Shown here one piece after another: positions 27,934 to 37,143 of a DNA stretch of 55,990 nucleotides; position 1 is the first letter of the stretch; the number at the start of each line of letters is the position of its first letter. The position numbers and the translations under genes were made by a program. The stretch covers positions 1-55,990 of IMG/VR virus record IMGVR_UViG_3300045988_068752; one strand, given 5' to 3'. A model generated the notes under the pieces. It was given only the letters and a program-made list of their open reading frames with translations. It was not told the origin of the DNA and searched no databases. Origin of the DNA: a virus.

Positions 27934-30579
27934 CTAGACTAGGTTCTGTACAGTAGACACACTAACGCCTAAAGCTTCTGCTACTTCAGCGTACGTTCTA
28001 CCGTTCTTAAGCATACCTTTAGCTCTGTTAGCTGTAGATAGACTGATAGAGTCTTCCTTCTTAGGAGTAGCTAACTGCTTAAGCCTATCTGAGTCTGAGA
28101 AGCGTATGATGTCAGTAAGCATCTTAGTACTCACAGCACCAGACTGAATAGCTTTCCATTCATCAGGCTCAATAGTAATCCTAGAAGACGCTCCGTCAGC
28201 ACCAGTACGTACACGAGCAGCTGCAATAGCCTGTTGTTTAAGCTTCTTGAGCTGGTCTTTCTGCATGTCAGGGTCACGTTTCTCAGCAATTACCTTGTTT
28301 GCAATGAGCTGTGCTTGACGTTCTCTAGGAGAGTTGGCTAAAGCAAGGTTTAGTTTGTTCTGTAGAGACTCAACTTGAGACTTGTACTGTAGTTTAGCCT
28401 CTTTAGACATGGTCATGTTAGGTGTTGTACTAACAACAGTGTTAGCTTTATCACGCATCTTACCAAGAGCGTTGATATAATCGCCATACATATTTTCGAT
28501 AGGGGTGCCTGAACCAAGTGTCTTAGCATCTTTAACCATTTCTACAACATGGTCTGTAGCAATAGTTCTAGATTTCTTAATCGTTGGTTTAAGTTTAGGA
28601 TTAGCGGCTAGTTCTTCTGGTGTACGATGATGCTCCCAGTATTCCAATGTTCGATGTTCTGTCTTAGACCTTGAAATAAGAGTAGAAGCTCCACCTTCCA
28701 TTTTACCAGTAATAACATTATAGTGTTGTTGATATGCTTTACGTAATTCAGGAATACGATTCTCTCTTTCGGAACGTAAATAATCTAAATTATGTTTTTC
28801 TGCATCAATAACCACCATTGAATGTTTAACGGCTCTAGCAATTTCAGATTGACTAGCACCTTTAAGAGTCATGTCGGTAATAAGGTTTGATACTTCGCCC
28901 ATTTGACGTTGCTTCATGGTCCAATTACCTTTTGAGTCACGAGTCAATAACTGTTTATTATCAGAATAATACTGTTTAGTATCAAAGTTCTTAAGCTCTT
29001 TCAATGAACGACTAGTTGCAATTCCGTTTTTATTATTAGGAATAACCATTACAGTGTCGCCATCAAAATCAGCACCAGATAATTTAGAAGCAACAGATGA
29101 ATCAATACCAACTGCATCTTTAGCGCCCTTCATAAATTTAGCTGGACCTTTTTCAAGTTTATTATTAACTGTTAATTCTGGTAATTCAAAAATACCACCA
29201 TGAGGATATCGAACAAGAACTACTTTCTCTCCATTCTTAAAGTTAGGAGCATATATTTCGTTAGCTTTGATACCAGACAATGGCAAAATAACTTGACCTT
29301 TCATTCTATCGAAGCCAGTTAATTTAAGATTATGACGTTTTGTTGTCAAGCCATCAGCAAAATCTTGCATGAGTGCTTTCTTAATAACTGGGTTTGTCAA
29401 ATTATTAATTTCGTCAAACTCTTTTTGTAATTTTTCATACGTAGTTTGAATACGACCTTTAACAAGAGCAGGTGGTTGTTTAGAAACAAACTGAGAAGAT
29501 AAGGTCTTAGACCAAGTTCCCCAGTCTCCTTCTTCATTAACTTTATTTATAGCGCCTTTTTGTCCATTGGCTTTGATTTGAGCACCAAATGGATTATCAG
29601 GGTCATCTTTTAAAGGTTTAAGAACGTCTTCTTTAGGAGTTCCTTTTTTCTTGTTGGTATTGAAAATAACATCGACACCTTTAGGAAAATCTTTAGGGTC
29701 TCCATAAACAGCCATACCTTTAAGATAATGAGTTCCACCTACACCAATACGAACCTGAGCGTATCTAGAACCACCAAGGTCTAAATCTTTGACCCCTGGA
29801 CGAAGTTCCATAACTCCATCTTTATCGGTACCACCTTGCTCGTCGTATCGAATATTAACGCGTTTCCAATCAATATGTTGGATTGGTTTTAAACCTAATT
29901 TAGTTGAACCGTCTTCGGCTTTATATAGATTAGGAGGAGCGATTTCGTGTTTGTGTTCACGCACAACATCAGGATTAGGTTCTTTTGTAAGAACTTTCAT
30001 TTCTACCCAGTGATTGTCATTGGTAGCATTCTTAACATATACTTTATGCATATGATAACCTTCTGCTTCTAATTGTTGAACAGCACGTTTAAGAGTATTT
30101 TCTTTGATACCTAATTGTTGTGCTGAACCAAGACCTACGTCCAAATATGGATTCTCTTTAATAAGAGCTTTAAGGTCACTCTTAATATTTTCCATTCTTG
30201 TAATGTTGTTCTTAACTTGTTCATTAAGATACATACGAACAGACGACTCAGGAATACCAGTCCTACGAGATATCTCAGTTGGACCATGTCCTTTTTCGTT
30301 TAGTTCAATTACCATAGAATGATTTCTTAGACGAATGGTTTGGTTGGCAATTGTGTTACGAGCACGAAATTCACTTGTCGTGAGTCCTAGTTTTGTAGCG
30401 ATTTGAGTATCGCTTAAACCCGTCTTACGATATTTGGCGACAGTATCGGACCATGATGTAGCCCGTTGATAAGAATTCTCACCAGAACCCCACGCATATC
30501 GTCCACTGTGTGGGATATTCCCTTGGTGAGGAGTACCTTTATGCAGAATAATATCCTCATAAGCTTCTTCTAAATTCAT
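27934..30579 (-). CDS. YonO/RDR-like two-barrel single-chain RNA polymerase with N- and C-terminal HTH modules (881 aa)
   Basis: VVLVRYPHGGIFELPELTV...VASKLSGADFDGDTVMVIPNN (DFDGD encoded at 29056..29070) matches the beta-prime/RDR catalytic double-psi barrel. Upstream, FGAQIKANGQKGAINKV resembles the beta-type barrel. HTH-like segments lie at aa 54-71, aa 97-118 and the last 22 aa. Confidence 0.7.
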   Translation of the reverse strand: MNLEEAYEDIILHKGTPHQGNIPHSGRYAWGSGENSYQRATSWSDTVAKYRKTGLSDTQIATKLGLTTSEFRARNTIANQTIRLRNHSMVIELNEKGHGPTEISRRTGIPESSVRMYLNEQVKNNITRMENIKSDLKALIKENPYLDVGLGSAQQLGIKENTLKRAVQQLEAEGYHMHKVYVKNATNDNHWVEMKVLTKEPNPDVVREHKHEIAPPNLYKAEDGSTKLGLKPIQHIDWKRVNIRYDEQGGTDKDGVMELRPGVKDLDLGGSRYAQVRIGVGGTHYLKGMAVYGDPKDFPKGVDVIFNTNKKKGTPKEDVLKPLKDDPDNPFGAQIKANGQKGAINKVNEEGDWGTWSKTLSSQFVSKQPPALVKGRIQTTYEKLQKEFDEINNLTNPVIKKALMQDFADGLTTKRHNLKLTGFDRMKGQVILPLSGIKANEIYAPNFKNGEKVVLVRYPHGGIFELPELTVNNKLEKGPAKFMKGAKDAVGIDSSVASKLSGADFDGDTVMVIPNNKNGIATSRSLKELKNFDTKQYYSDNKQLLTRDSKGNWTMKQRQMGEVSNLITDMTLKGASQSEIARAVKHSMVVIDAEKHNLDYLRSERENRIPELRKAYQQHYNVITGKMEGGASTLISRSKTEHRTLEYWEHHRTPEELAANPKLKPTIKKSRTIATDHVVEMVKDAKTLGSGTPIENMYGDYINALGKMRDKANTVVSTTPNMTMSKEAKLQYKSQVESLQNKLNLALANSPRERQAQLIANKVIAEKRDPDMQKDQLKKLKQQAIAAARVRTGADGASSRITIEPDEWKAIQSGAVSTKMLTDIIRFSDSDRLKQLATPKKEDSISLSTANRAKGMLKNGRTYAEVAEALGVSVSTVQNLV

Positions 30580-30596
30580 TGGGAATATGGTCCTTT

Positions 30597-31172
30597 CTAT
30601 CTAGGTTTGTTTTCTAAAATCCCAGAAAATTCTTTTATTGTATGATAAACATCATAGACATCTTCTGCTTCTGGAATAAATGTGTCAATGTTCTCGCCTT
30701 GATAAATACGAAGCTCAAAGTCCGTTTTCTCAGGAGCAACACCATATTCCAAACAGAAATATGCAGCGTAAACAAGCAATTGTTCCATTTTAGGTTTGGT
30801 AACGCCAGTCTTTAAATCATGTATCCGAAGAAATCCACGAGGATTATCTTTCTTAGGTGGGTCATAACGAATAGCATCAGCTGTACCAAATGCATATGGA
30901 GAGTAAAATAACAATACTTCGCTATCCATACGATATCCAATTGCGTCGTTAACAAAATTAGCAACTGCAGGATGAGTGTGACCAGGTAATAAACGAATTC
31001 TATGTTGAATTGCTTGACTGGCAAACTCATGAAGCTCAGTTCCACGTTGTTTAGCTTTTTCATTTTCAAAGCGCTCTACTAATTTTTCAGGATTGTATTT
31101 AAGCCAATGACATTGACTAGCACTCAAAAATGAATGTTTACCTTCGAATTCGGGATGTCTGTTCCATTTCAT
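30597..31172 (-). CDS. PD-(D/E)XK family nuclease (Cas4/RecB-like exonuclease)
   Basis: FGTADAIRYD ... LRIHDLKTG gives a D...D-x-K arrangement; replication-module context. Confidence 0.6.
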   Translation of the reverse strand: MKWNRHPEFEGKHSFLSASQCHWLKYNPEKLVERFENEKAKQRGTELHEFASQAIQHRIRLLPGHTHPAVANFVNDAIGYRMDSEVLLFYSPYAFGTADAIRYDPPKKDNPRGFLRIHDLKTGVTKPKMEQLLVYAAYFCLEYGVAPEKTDFELRIYQGENIDTFIPEAEDVYDVYHTIKEFSGILENKPR

Positions 31173-31443
31173 TGAGAACTTCCTCCTTATTCTCTGGATA
31201 TATAGTGCGAGCCCAACCTCCCATAGAATTATACTTGTCTAAGTAATATTCTTGATTAGGTCTGTACGGAGCATTAGCACTACGCTTAACTTCTAAATGA
31301 TAAGAATATGGACCGATGTCCACAGATAAATCTGGAATACCTTGAATGTGGCCAGAATCATTCTTCTTAACAATTGCATCAGGAAATCGTTGATGAATAT
31401 CCTGAATTAAGGCTCGTTGAAAATCTCTTTCAAGTTTGGACAT
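31138..31443 (-). CDS. VRR-NUC domain nuclease
   Basis: ERDFQRALIQDI...GIPDLSV...YHLEVKRS...YRPNQEYYL fits the VRR-NUC pattern. Confidence 0.7.
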   Translation of the reverse strand: MSKLERDFQRALIQDIHQRFPDAIVKKNDSGHIQGIPDLSVDIGPYSYHLEVKRSANAPYRPNQEYYLDKYNSMGGWARTIYPENKEEVLNEMEQTSRIRR

Positions 31444-32588
31444 TCTTTATCAATCCAGTTCCTTTCATTGAATTTCTTTTTACTACGAATTGAGCGTTCG
31501 ATAGCATCATCAATAGAAGCCGGGGATTTAAGATAAACGTAAAATAAATCATTAAAGGAGGTATTGACTCTGTTAATTCGTCCTTCTGATTGCTCCATCA
31601 CGCGATATGAATAATTCAGTGAATAAAACAGAATCGTATCAGTAGTTATGCAGTTCCATCCCTCGGCTCCGGCCGTGTACTGAACCAAATATACCCACTC
31701 AGCAGCATCGGGTATAGGTTCGTGTTTCTGACCGTTCCATTGATAATATGCCCTATTCAAATCTCGACAAATATCTTTCAATATGTCGAGCTCGTAGGTA
31801 TAATTATAAAAGACAATAATTCTTTCACGAGTCATGATTTGTTGTTTAGCATTTTCTATTCTACGTGGGCTTGTGTTAATTATCCTACGAAGAACTTGAG
31901 TAAATTCCGAAGCATTCATTATCGGAGTCTCAGTAAATGGATTAAACCTCGTATCAATAACTTGCTTATACAATTCTTTATCAAAAGCAGTATTAATATA
32001 TTGTCTATGAGTTTTGGTTGTTCGAAAATCAGCCATGGGCACAGCTAAATGACGTCTCAACCGTTCTAGTCTGTCCACCTCATGATATCGTTTAATCTGA
32101 GGGAACTTAGAATATGGATTGTATTCAACGTGTCTATCTACAAATTCAGTTTTGTTTCTGTAGAAATTGTTTGCTAAGAATATACACATCCAATCCATCC
32201 AAACATCTCCGGGTGTTGCTGTTAACATAATCCATTTGTTCTTACGAGCAATCTTAATGAAAGATGTACCCCATGAACCATATCCAATAGCTCGTTGCTC
32301 ATCAAATAAAAAGAAAGCATCTTTAACATCTAGATACTTTGTAATATTATTCCACGAGTCAACTGTCCCTTCAATGCCGAGCATTTCTAGGTCATGATGC
32401 CACTCTTTGTCATTACGCTTCTTAGCAACTGTAATAATATAAAGTGGTAAATCGCTATGGTTTTCCATATAATAAAATAGGCCGGTCAAGGATTTACCCG
32501 AACCGACCTTCCCGCACAATACAGAACCATTATGCAATCTATCAACCGCCCGCCGTTGATAGTCGTATAATTCAATTTTAGAAGCCAT
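31407..32588 (-). CDS. SF2 (DEAD/SNF2-like) helicase
   Basis: Walker A CGKVGSGKS, DExx-like LFDEQR, motif III-like LTATPG, and a C-terminal helicase lobe. Confidence 0.8.
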   Translation of the reverse strand: MASKIELYDYQRRAVDRLHNGSVLCGKVGSGKSLTGLFYYMENHSDLPLYIITVAKKRNDKEWHHDLEMLGIEGTVDSWNNITKYLDVKDAFFLFDEQRAIGYGSWGTSFIKIARKNKWIMLTATPGDVWMDWMCIFLANNFYRNKTEFVDRHVEYNPYSKFPQIKRYHEVDRLERLRRHLAVPMADFRTTKTHRQYINTAFDKELYKQVIDTRFNPFTETPIMNASEFTQVLRRIINTSPRRIENAKQQIMTRERIIVFYNYTYELDILKDICRDLNRAYYQWNGQKHEPIPDAAEWVYLVQYTAGAEGWNCITTDTILFYSLNYSYRVMEQSEGRINRVNTSFNDLFYVYLKSPASIDDAIERSIRSKKKFNERNWIDKECPNLKEIFNEP

Positions 32589-33117
32589 ACTTACGACGGA
32601 GTGGATTATCCACTACACGAATATAAGCATTCTTCAAGTTAAGACGAGCATACTGTCCATCTGGACTTGGGTCTCGTCGAGCGATAGTCATATCGCACAA
32701 TGCAATTTCCATATCGTCCAACATAGCTAACTGACTTTTGTCGTTCAAATACATACGGTCAGTTGGTACAATATCTTCATCGATAGGAGTTTCACCATTA
32801 TCATAAATAATAGCAATGCTTGGCAAACCGAATTGTGTATATACACGAACCTTGAAGAAATAAGACGGTCCAAACATGTCTGGATTCTCAGCCATCTTCT
32901 CCTCCATCTCATCAGTGATATTTTTAGGCTCATACAATTTAACGTTGACACCATATTGTTGTAGAAGTTCTACATCTTCTGGGTCTACCTTAACGTTAAA
33001 ATAACGGTCACCTGCGCGATTGTATTTTTCTTGACGCCCACTGAAGTTTCGAGCGAATAAGAATTCAACTTCTTCCAAAATAATTTGGGAGTTTGAAATT
33101 TGTGAAATTTTAGTCAT
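32578..33117 (-). CDS. Possible single-stranded DNA-binding protein
   Basis: 179-aa ORF between the polymerase and helicase genes. The context is typical for phage SSB-like proteins, but there is no diagnostic motif. Confidence 0.35.
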   Translation of the reverse strand: MTKISQISNSQIILEEVEFLFARNFSGRQEKYNRAGDRYFNVKVDPEDVELLQQYGVNVKLYEPKNITDEMEEKMAENPDMFGPSYFFKVRVYTQFGLPSIAIIYDNGETPIDEDIVPTDRMYLNDKSQLAMLDDMEIALCDMTIARRDPSPDGQYARLNLKNAYIRVVDNPLRRKYGF

Positions 33118-33157
33118 AGTAATGTCCTTTCTAAATGACGTGAGTCTGACTTTAATT

Positions 33158-33204
33158 CAAAAAAAAGAAAAAGGGAGAACAAATCAGCAGAATTTTGTTC
33201 TTCC
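33158..33204 (-). terminator. Strong intrinsic terminator/attenuator immediately downstream of promoter-motif copy a
   Basis: 11-bp stem (33173-33183 with 33194-33204, one mispair) and a 10-nt loop, followed on the minus strand by TTTTTCTTTTTTTT. Confidence 0.7.
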
Positions 33205-33206
33205 TC

Positions 33207-33236
33207 TCTATTATGTGCCATGTAAATCCTGCGAAT
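33207..33236 (-). promoter_or_regulatory. Conserved promoter-like motif, copy a
   Basis: Minus strand: CGCAG GATTTACATGGCA CATAAT AGA. Confidence 0.55.
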
Positions 33237-33264
33237 CCCAAAATTAACCCGCGAGGATATCCAA

Positions 33265-36200
33265 TCACGCGGTCTCAGGTTTTCTTACTTTGAGAGTTCC
33301 GTGATTGATAGAAATTGTTTGAGCATCAGGATATTTGTCTTGGAGCTCAAGAGCATCGACATAGTCCTTAGGCATGTTGTCAACGATTTGAGTAATATCC
33401 CCAACCTTGATAATTTTCTTAAGTCCATCGACTGCAATTTTATCGTAGTAAGAGAAATCAACATCTTCATAATCGAATTCGGAAGTTTGCTTAAATAAAT
33501 ATCCTTTTGTTCCTGCAATGGATTTGAAGTTTTCATTATCTTCAGTCCACATGCATTCTCTTCCTGACTTGGAAGCATAAATAGAACCGACCTTACCAAC
33601 GAATTCGTCGCCAAGATAAATATGACCCTTCGATTGTTTAGTGATAAAGAAATCTCTATCAACTAATTCTTCTTTGGTCCATACACGTTTGAGTAAATAT
33701 GTGTTAGCATACTCGGCTCCTGTTGGCGACCACTCATCATCTTCAAGCTGAGCAATGTACACAGCATTGTTAATAAGAGCCATACGTTTGTAAGTATGTT
33801 CGTGTTCGAACTTGTAGTTATATTTAGGTAATTTACCAAAGTCTTCAACGAACTTAATAATCTTTTCATCAGCATCTGGGATTTTAACAGAGTCGGTCTT
33901 AATATGACAGACCTTGTATCCTTGCTCTTCGATTGCAAATTTCAAGTCGACCATAAATAAAGCTCCACGTTTCGCAACGATGTTGTCAATATTGTCTGGG
34001 TGTTTGAACTTGTTATCGAATTTGGCAGAGGTCATTCCATATACTGAGTTGATTACAATCTTCAACGCTGTAACCAAAGGCTTACGATATTCTGGGTTGT
34101 CCAAGAATGGAACCAAGATACCATTAAACATTTGTTTAACTTCATCAACCTTATTATGCTTGAGTAATACACGAACTTTAAGTAAGTCTGCATATCTCTG
34201 AGTATATGGTCCGAAGTAGTTCATATTGATTAATGAATTCGGATGCATAGATTCTACGTCAAGCAAAGCGATATTTTTGTATACACCAGGTTCAGCATAC
34301 ACAAATCCACCTTCACCAGTTTCATAGCCACGGTAATATGACTTACCGAACTCATATTTGTATCCTGGGAAAATAGTATCAAGTTTAACATAATTAAATT
34401 TCTCTTGTGGATTAGGGTCGTCACCAAAGATAAATTTAGCAGTGAGCTGATTGTTAGTTGCATTCATCGAACCTTTTGAAATGGTTGCTAAGATTTCACG
34501 CGCAACGTAGTCAGCATATATAGCGTCGAATAATTTCTCAGTTGCATCAACGTCGTTAACACAGTAATCGACTACAACTGGAACTAACTCGTCAGGGACT
34601 GGTTGGTCCCAAGGAATTTCCATCTCGACGTGTTTAATTCCTAAGTCAACTTCCCAGCGCTTGAGTGACTGCTTCTTCTGAGAATACTCATAAATATCGG
34701 TATAGCTTAATTCATAAGCTGCCGCATACATTCCACTCTTCGCATTTTTTTCGTTGACGATTCTGTAGGACTGACGGAATAATTCTAAATTATCACATCC
34801 GAGTAATCGCGCATACAGAATATGATTATCGTATCGACGGTTGTTAAAACCGACTAGAGGAAATGAAAGAAGATGTTCGATTTGGTCTGGAGTTGGATTA
34901 ACCCATTTCACAAATTCGTCTTCTCCATATTTCTTCCACACAACAACAAACAGATTTGGATAGACCTCAATATCGAAGAATACTAATTCCTCTTTTGGAT
35001 ATATCTTGGTTCCACTTGTCAGCTTATCTTCCAGTGCTCCATTATCATCTCGAATAGACGACCATGGGATTTTCTGGAATACAGCCAAACAATATTCTCT
35101 GTTATTGGTTGAACGCAGAGCACGAAGAAATACATCATGCTTCAAATCAGTCAAGTCATATTCTAGACCCATGTCATATGCTTTCTGAATTTGGTCTGCA
35201 ATCCAATCGATTGTTGGTTTTGTATTTGGGTGACTTGGTTTCTCACCCTCAATAAGACCCAACTGTCTTTTTACAAATTTACGAAGAGTCTTCTCCGTGT
35301 ATGTAATTTCTTTTACGTCTTCGTACATCTTAACCTTTCTCTCTTTCAGCGGCAAGCCCGATGAAATATGAGATGGTTGAAGATTATTTGAGCCTTTATC
35401 AATTCGTCTCAGAGAGGCATTGCCTTTATATACTTTGATTTCAATATGCTCATCTACCAAATTATCTAACTCATTGACATTACCATCATAGATATAATGC
35501 AAATGAATTCCTTGTCCGGATTTAGACACCTCGGCATATGTTGGTGGGAACTTAGATGCGGCTTCGATATTTAAATCAAGGTTCTTCTCACCGTTCTCAT
35601 CTTTCAAATCGAAATCAATAACAATATGATTCAACGGAACTTTAACCCAATGTAATTTGTCCGTATGAATATCTTTTAAAGTTGTACGCACATCATCCCA
35701 TTTCATCATGGGATTTCCATTTCTTTGCGCTAGCTGTGCAGGATAATCTGCAGCAAGTCTATTAAATACTCTATTGTTGTAGTTGAACTTCAGCCAATTA
35801 TCAGGAACAATCATTTCATCAGGATTAGTTGTGCTGACAAGTCCTTCAGGAAATGCAACATTCCATCTAAATCCTTTGAAATAATTCTTAACGCGAGTAC
35901 CATCTATAGCGCTATCTTTGACCATGGTATCAAAATAACGCAGGGCTTCTCGTTTGATAACAGCTTTATAACCATCTGTCTTCCAACCCATTTCTTCCAA
36001 ATATTCTTTATACAGTTCTCCGAGTTGTCGAAGGCTAATTCCATCCTGCATATAAATTGCATTAGAACGAATAAAATCGAAGATATGGTCTGTTTGTTCG
36101 GCCATCTCAATATCGAAGTATTCATCGAAATAATCAAACCCTAATTCCTCAAAACGATTAATCGCTATATGAGCAATATAAGGCAACTCAAATTTTATTT

Positions 36201-37143
36201 GAGCCATCAATTGATTATATTTCGTATGACTAACTTTCTGTCCACTAGGATTTACAACAACGGCTCGTCGAGTAATACCCGAGTCAACGTTACGAACTTT
36301 ATAACGTTGGTTTGATGCTGTAATTAACAATCCATTAAAAATGACAGAATAAGGTTCCTTAAATTTCTTATTGACCTGAATAATTTCATGACTCGTCAAT
36401 TTCAATAACGGGGTATCGTTTTGAATATGACTGATATCAGTATCCTCATCAATTAACAATGGTACCTCTTGAACTTGTCCTGTTGCAAACTGGTCATTGC
36501 TTGTGAGCAGTTTCAAGTCAATAGGGGCACAGTAATCTTGGAATAACATTTTAAATATCTTTAGGACAGTTCCTTTACCGCTACCTTTCGAACCATACAA
36601 ATACATGAATTTTTCAATCTTATACATGTTGTTCGTTAATAATGCACCCATAAACCACAATATCTTATCGAGTTCTTGTGGCATATATAAAGTTCCAACC
36701 AATTCAGTAAAGGCGGGAGCTTCTCCTTCTGTTGGTGTATAATTTAATTGAGTAGTAGCATAGTCATGTCGCTTCATCTTGTGGTCAGAGAACAATATCT
36801 TTTGGTTGAAAGAAATATCGCCAGACTCACAAGCTTTACAGAAATCTTGAAATAGCCTGAACTTACCAACAGATGCTCTTCTAATTTCTTTTACATCAAT
36901 TCGTAACCCAGGTCTACCCTCTTCCAGTTCTTTAGCTCTACGCCAAAGTAAAGTGTCAATATCGTAAAATAAGTTCTTCTGTTGGGTATCCCAATAAGAA
37001 CCATTCCAATACGCATAGAATTTGGAGCCTTTAACAACTAAATCCTTAGTATCTCCGAAAATAAAATCTGGAGATACTTCATAATCTACCGTTCGGTTGT
37101 TTGATGTGAACTTTTTGATAGATACGTCTAAAAAATCCACCAA
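33265..37143 (-). CDS. Replicase fusion: SF3 (D5/P4-type) helicase + AEP primase-polymerase + family B DNA polymerase (1292 aa)
   Basis: Walker A GSKGSGKGT (36568..36594) with LLIDED. AEP motifs VIDFDLKD (DFD at 35608..35616) and SKSGQGIHLHY. PolB motifs: ExoI FFDIEV (34963..34980), ExoII GFNNRRYDNHIL, ExoIII YCVNDVDATEKLF, motif A LLDVESMHPNS, motif B KIVINSVYG, motif C HIKTDS (33889..33900). Confidence 0.85.
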   Translation of the reverse strand: MVDFLDVSIKKFTSNNRTVDYEVSPDFIFGDTKDLVVKGSKFYAYWNGSYWDTQQKNLFYDIDTLLWRRAKELEEGRPGLRIDVKEIRRASVGKFRLFQDFCKACESGDISFNQKILFSDHKMKRHDYATTQLNYTPTEGEAPAFTELVGTLYMPQELDKILWFMGALLTNNMYKIEKFMYLYGSKGSGKGTVLKIFKMLFQDYCAPIDLKLLTSNDQFATGQVQEVPLLIDEDTDISHIQNDTPLLKLTSHEIIQVNKKFKEPYSVIFNGLLITASNQRYKVRNVDSGITRRAVVVNPSGQKVSHTKYNQLMAQIKFELPYIAHIAINRFEELGFDYFDEYFDIEMAEQTDHIFDFIRSNAIYMQDGISLRQLGELYKEYLEEMGWKTDGYKAVIKREALRYFDTMVKDSAIDGTRVKNYFKGFRWNVAFPEGLVSTTNPDEMIVPDNWLKFNYNNRVFNRLAADYPAQLAQRNGNPMMKWDDVRTTLKDIHTDKLHWVKVPLNHIVIDFDLKDENGEKNLDLNIEAASKFPPTYAEVSKSGQGIHLHYIYDGNVNELDNLVDEHIEIKVYKGNASLRRIDKGSNNLQPSHISSGLPLKERKVKMYEDVKEITYTEKTLRKFVKRQLGLIEGEKPSHPNTKPTIDWIADQIQKAYDMGLEYDLTDLKHDVFLRALRSTNNREYCLAVFQKIPWSSIRDDNGALEDKLTSGTKIYPKEELVFFDIEVYPNLFVVVWKKYGEDEFVKWVNPTPDQIEHLLSFPLVGFNNRRYDNHILYARLLGCDNLELFRQSYRIVNEKNAKSGMYAAAYELSYTDIYEYSQKKQSLKRWEVDLGIKHVEMEIPWDQPVPDELVPVVVDYCVNDVDATEKLFDAIYADYVAREILATISKGSMNATNNQLTAKFIFGDDPNPQEKFNYVKLDTIFPGYKYEFGKSYYRGYETGEGGFVYAEPGVYKNIALLDVESMHPNSLINMNYFGPYTQRYADLLKVRVLLKHNKVDEVKQMFNGILVPFLDNPEYRKPLVTALKIVINSVYGMTSAKFDNKFKHPDNIDNIVAKRGALFMVDLKFAIEEQGYKVCHIKTDSVKIPDADEKIIKFVEDFGKLPKYNYKFEHEHTYKRMALINNAVYIAQLEDDEWSPTGAEYANTYLLKRVWTKEELVDRDFFITKQSKGHIYLGDEFVGKVGSIYASKSGRECMWTEDNENFKSIAGTKGYLFKQTSEFDYEDVDFSYYDKIAVDGLKKIIKVGDITQIVDNMPKDYVDALELQDKYPDAQTISINHGTLKVRKPETA

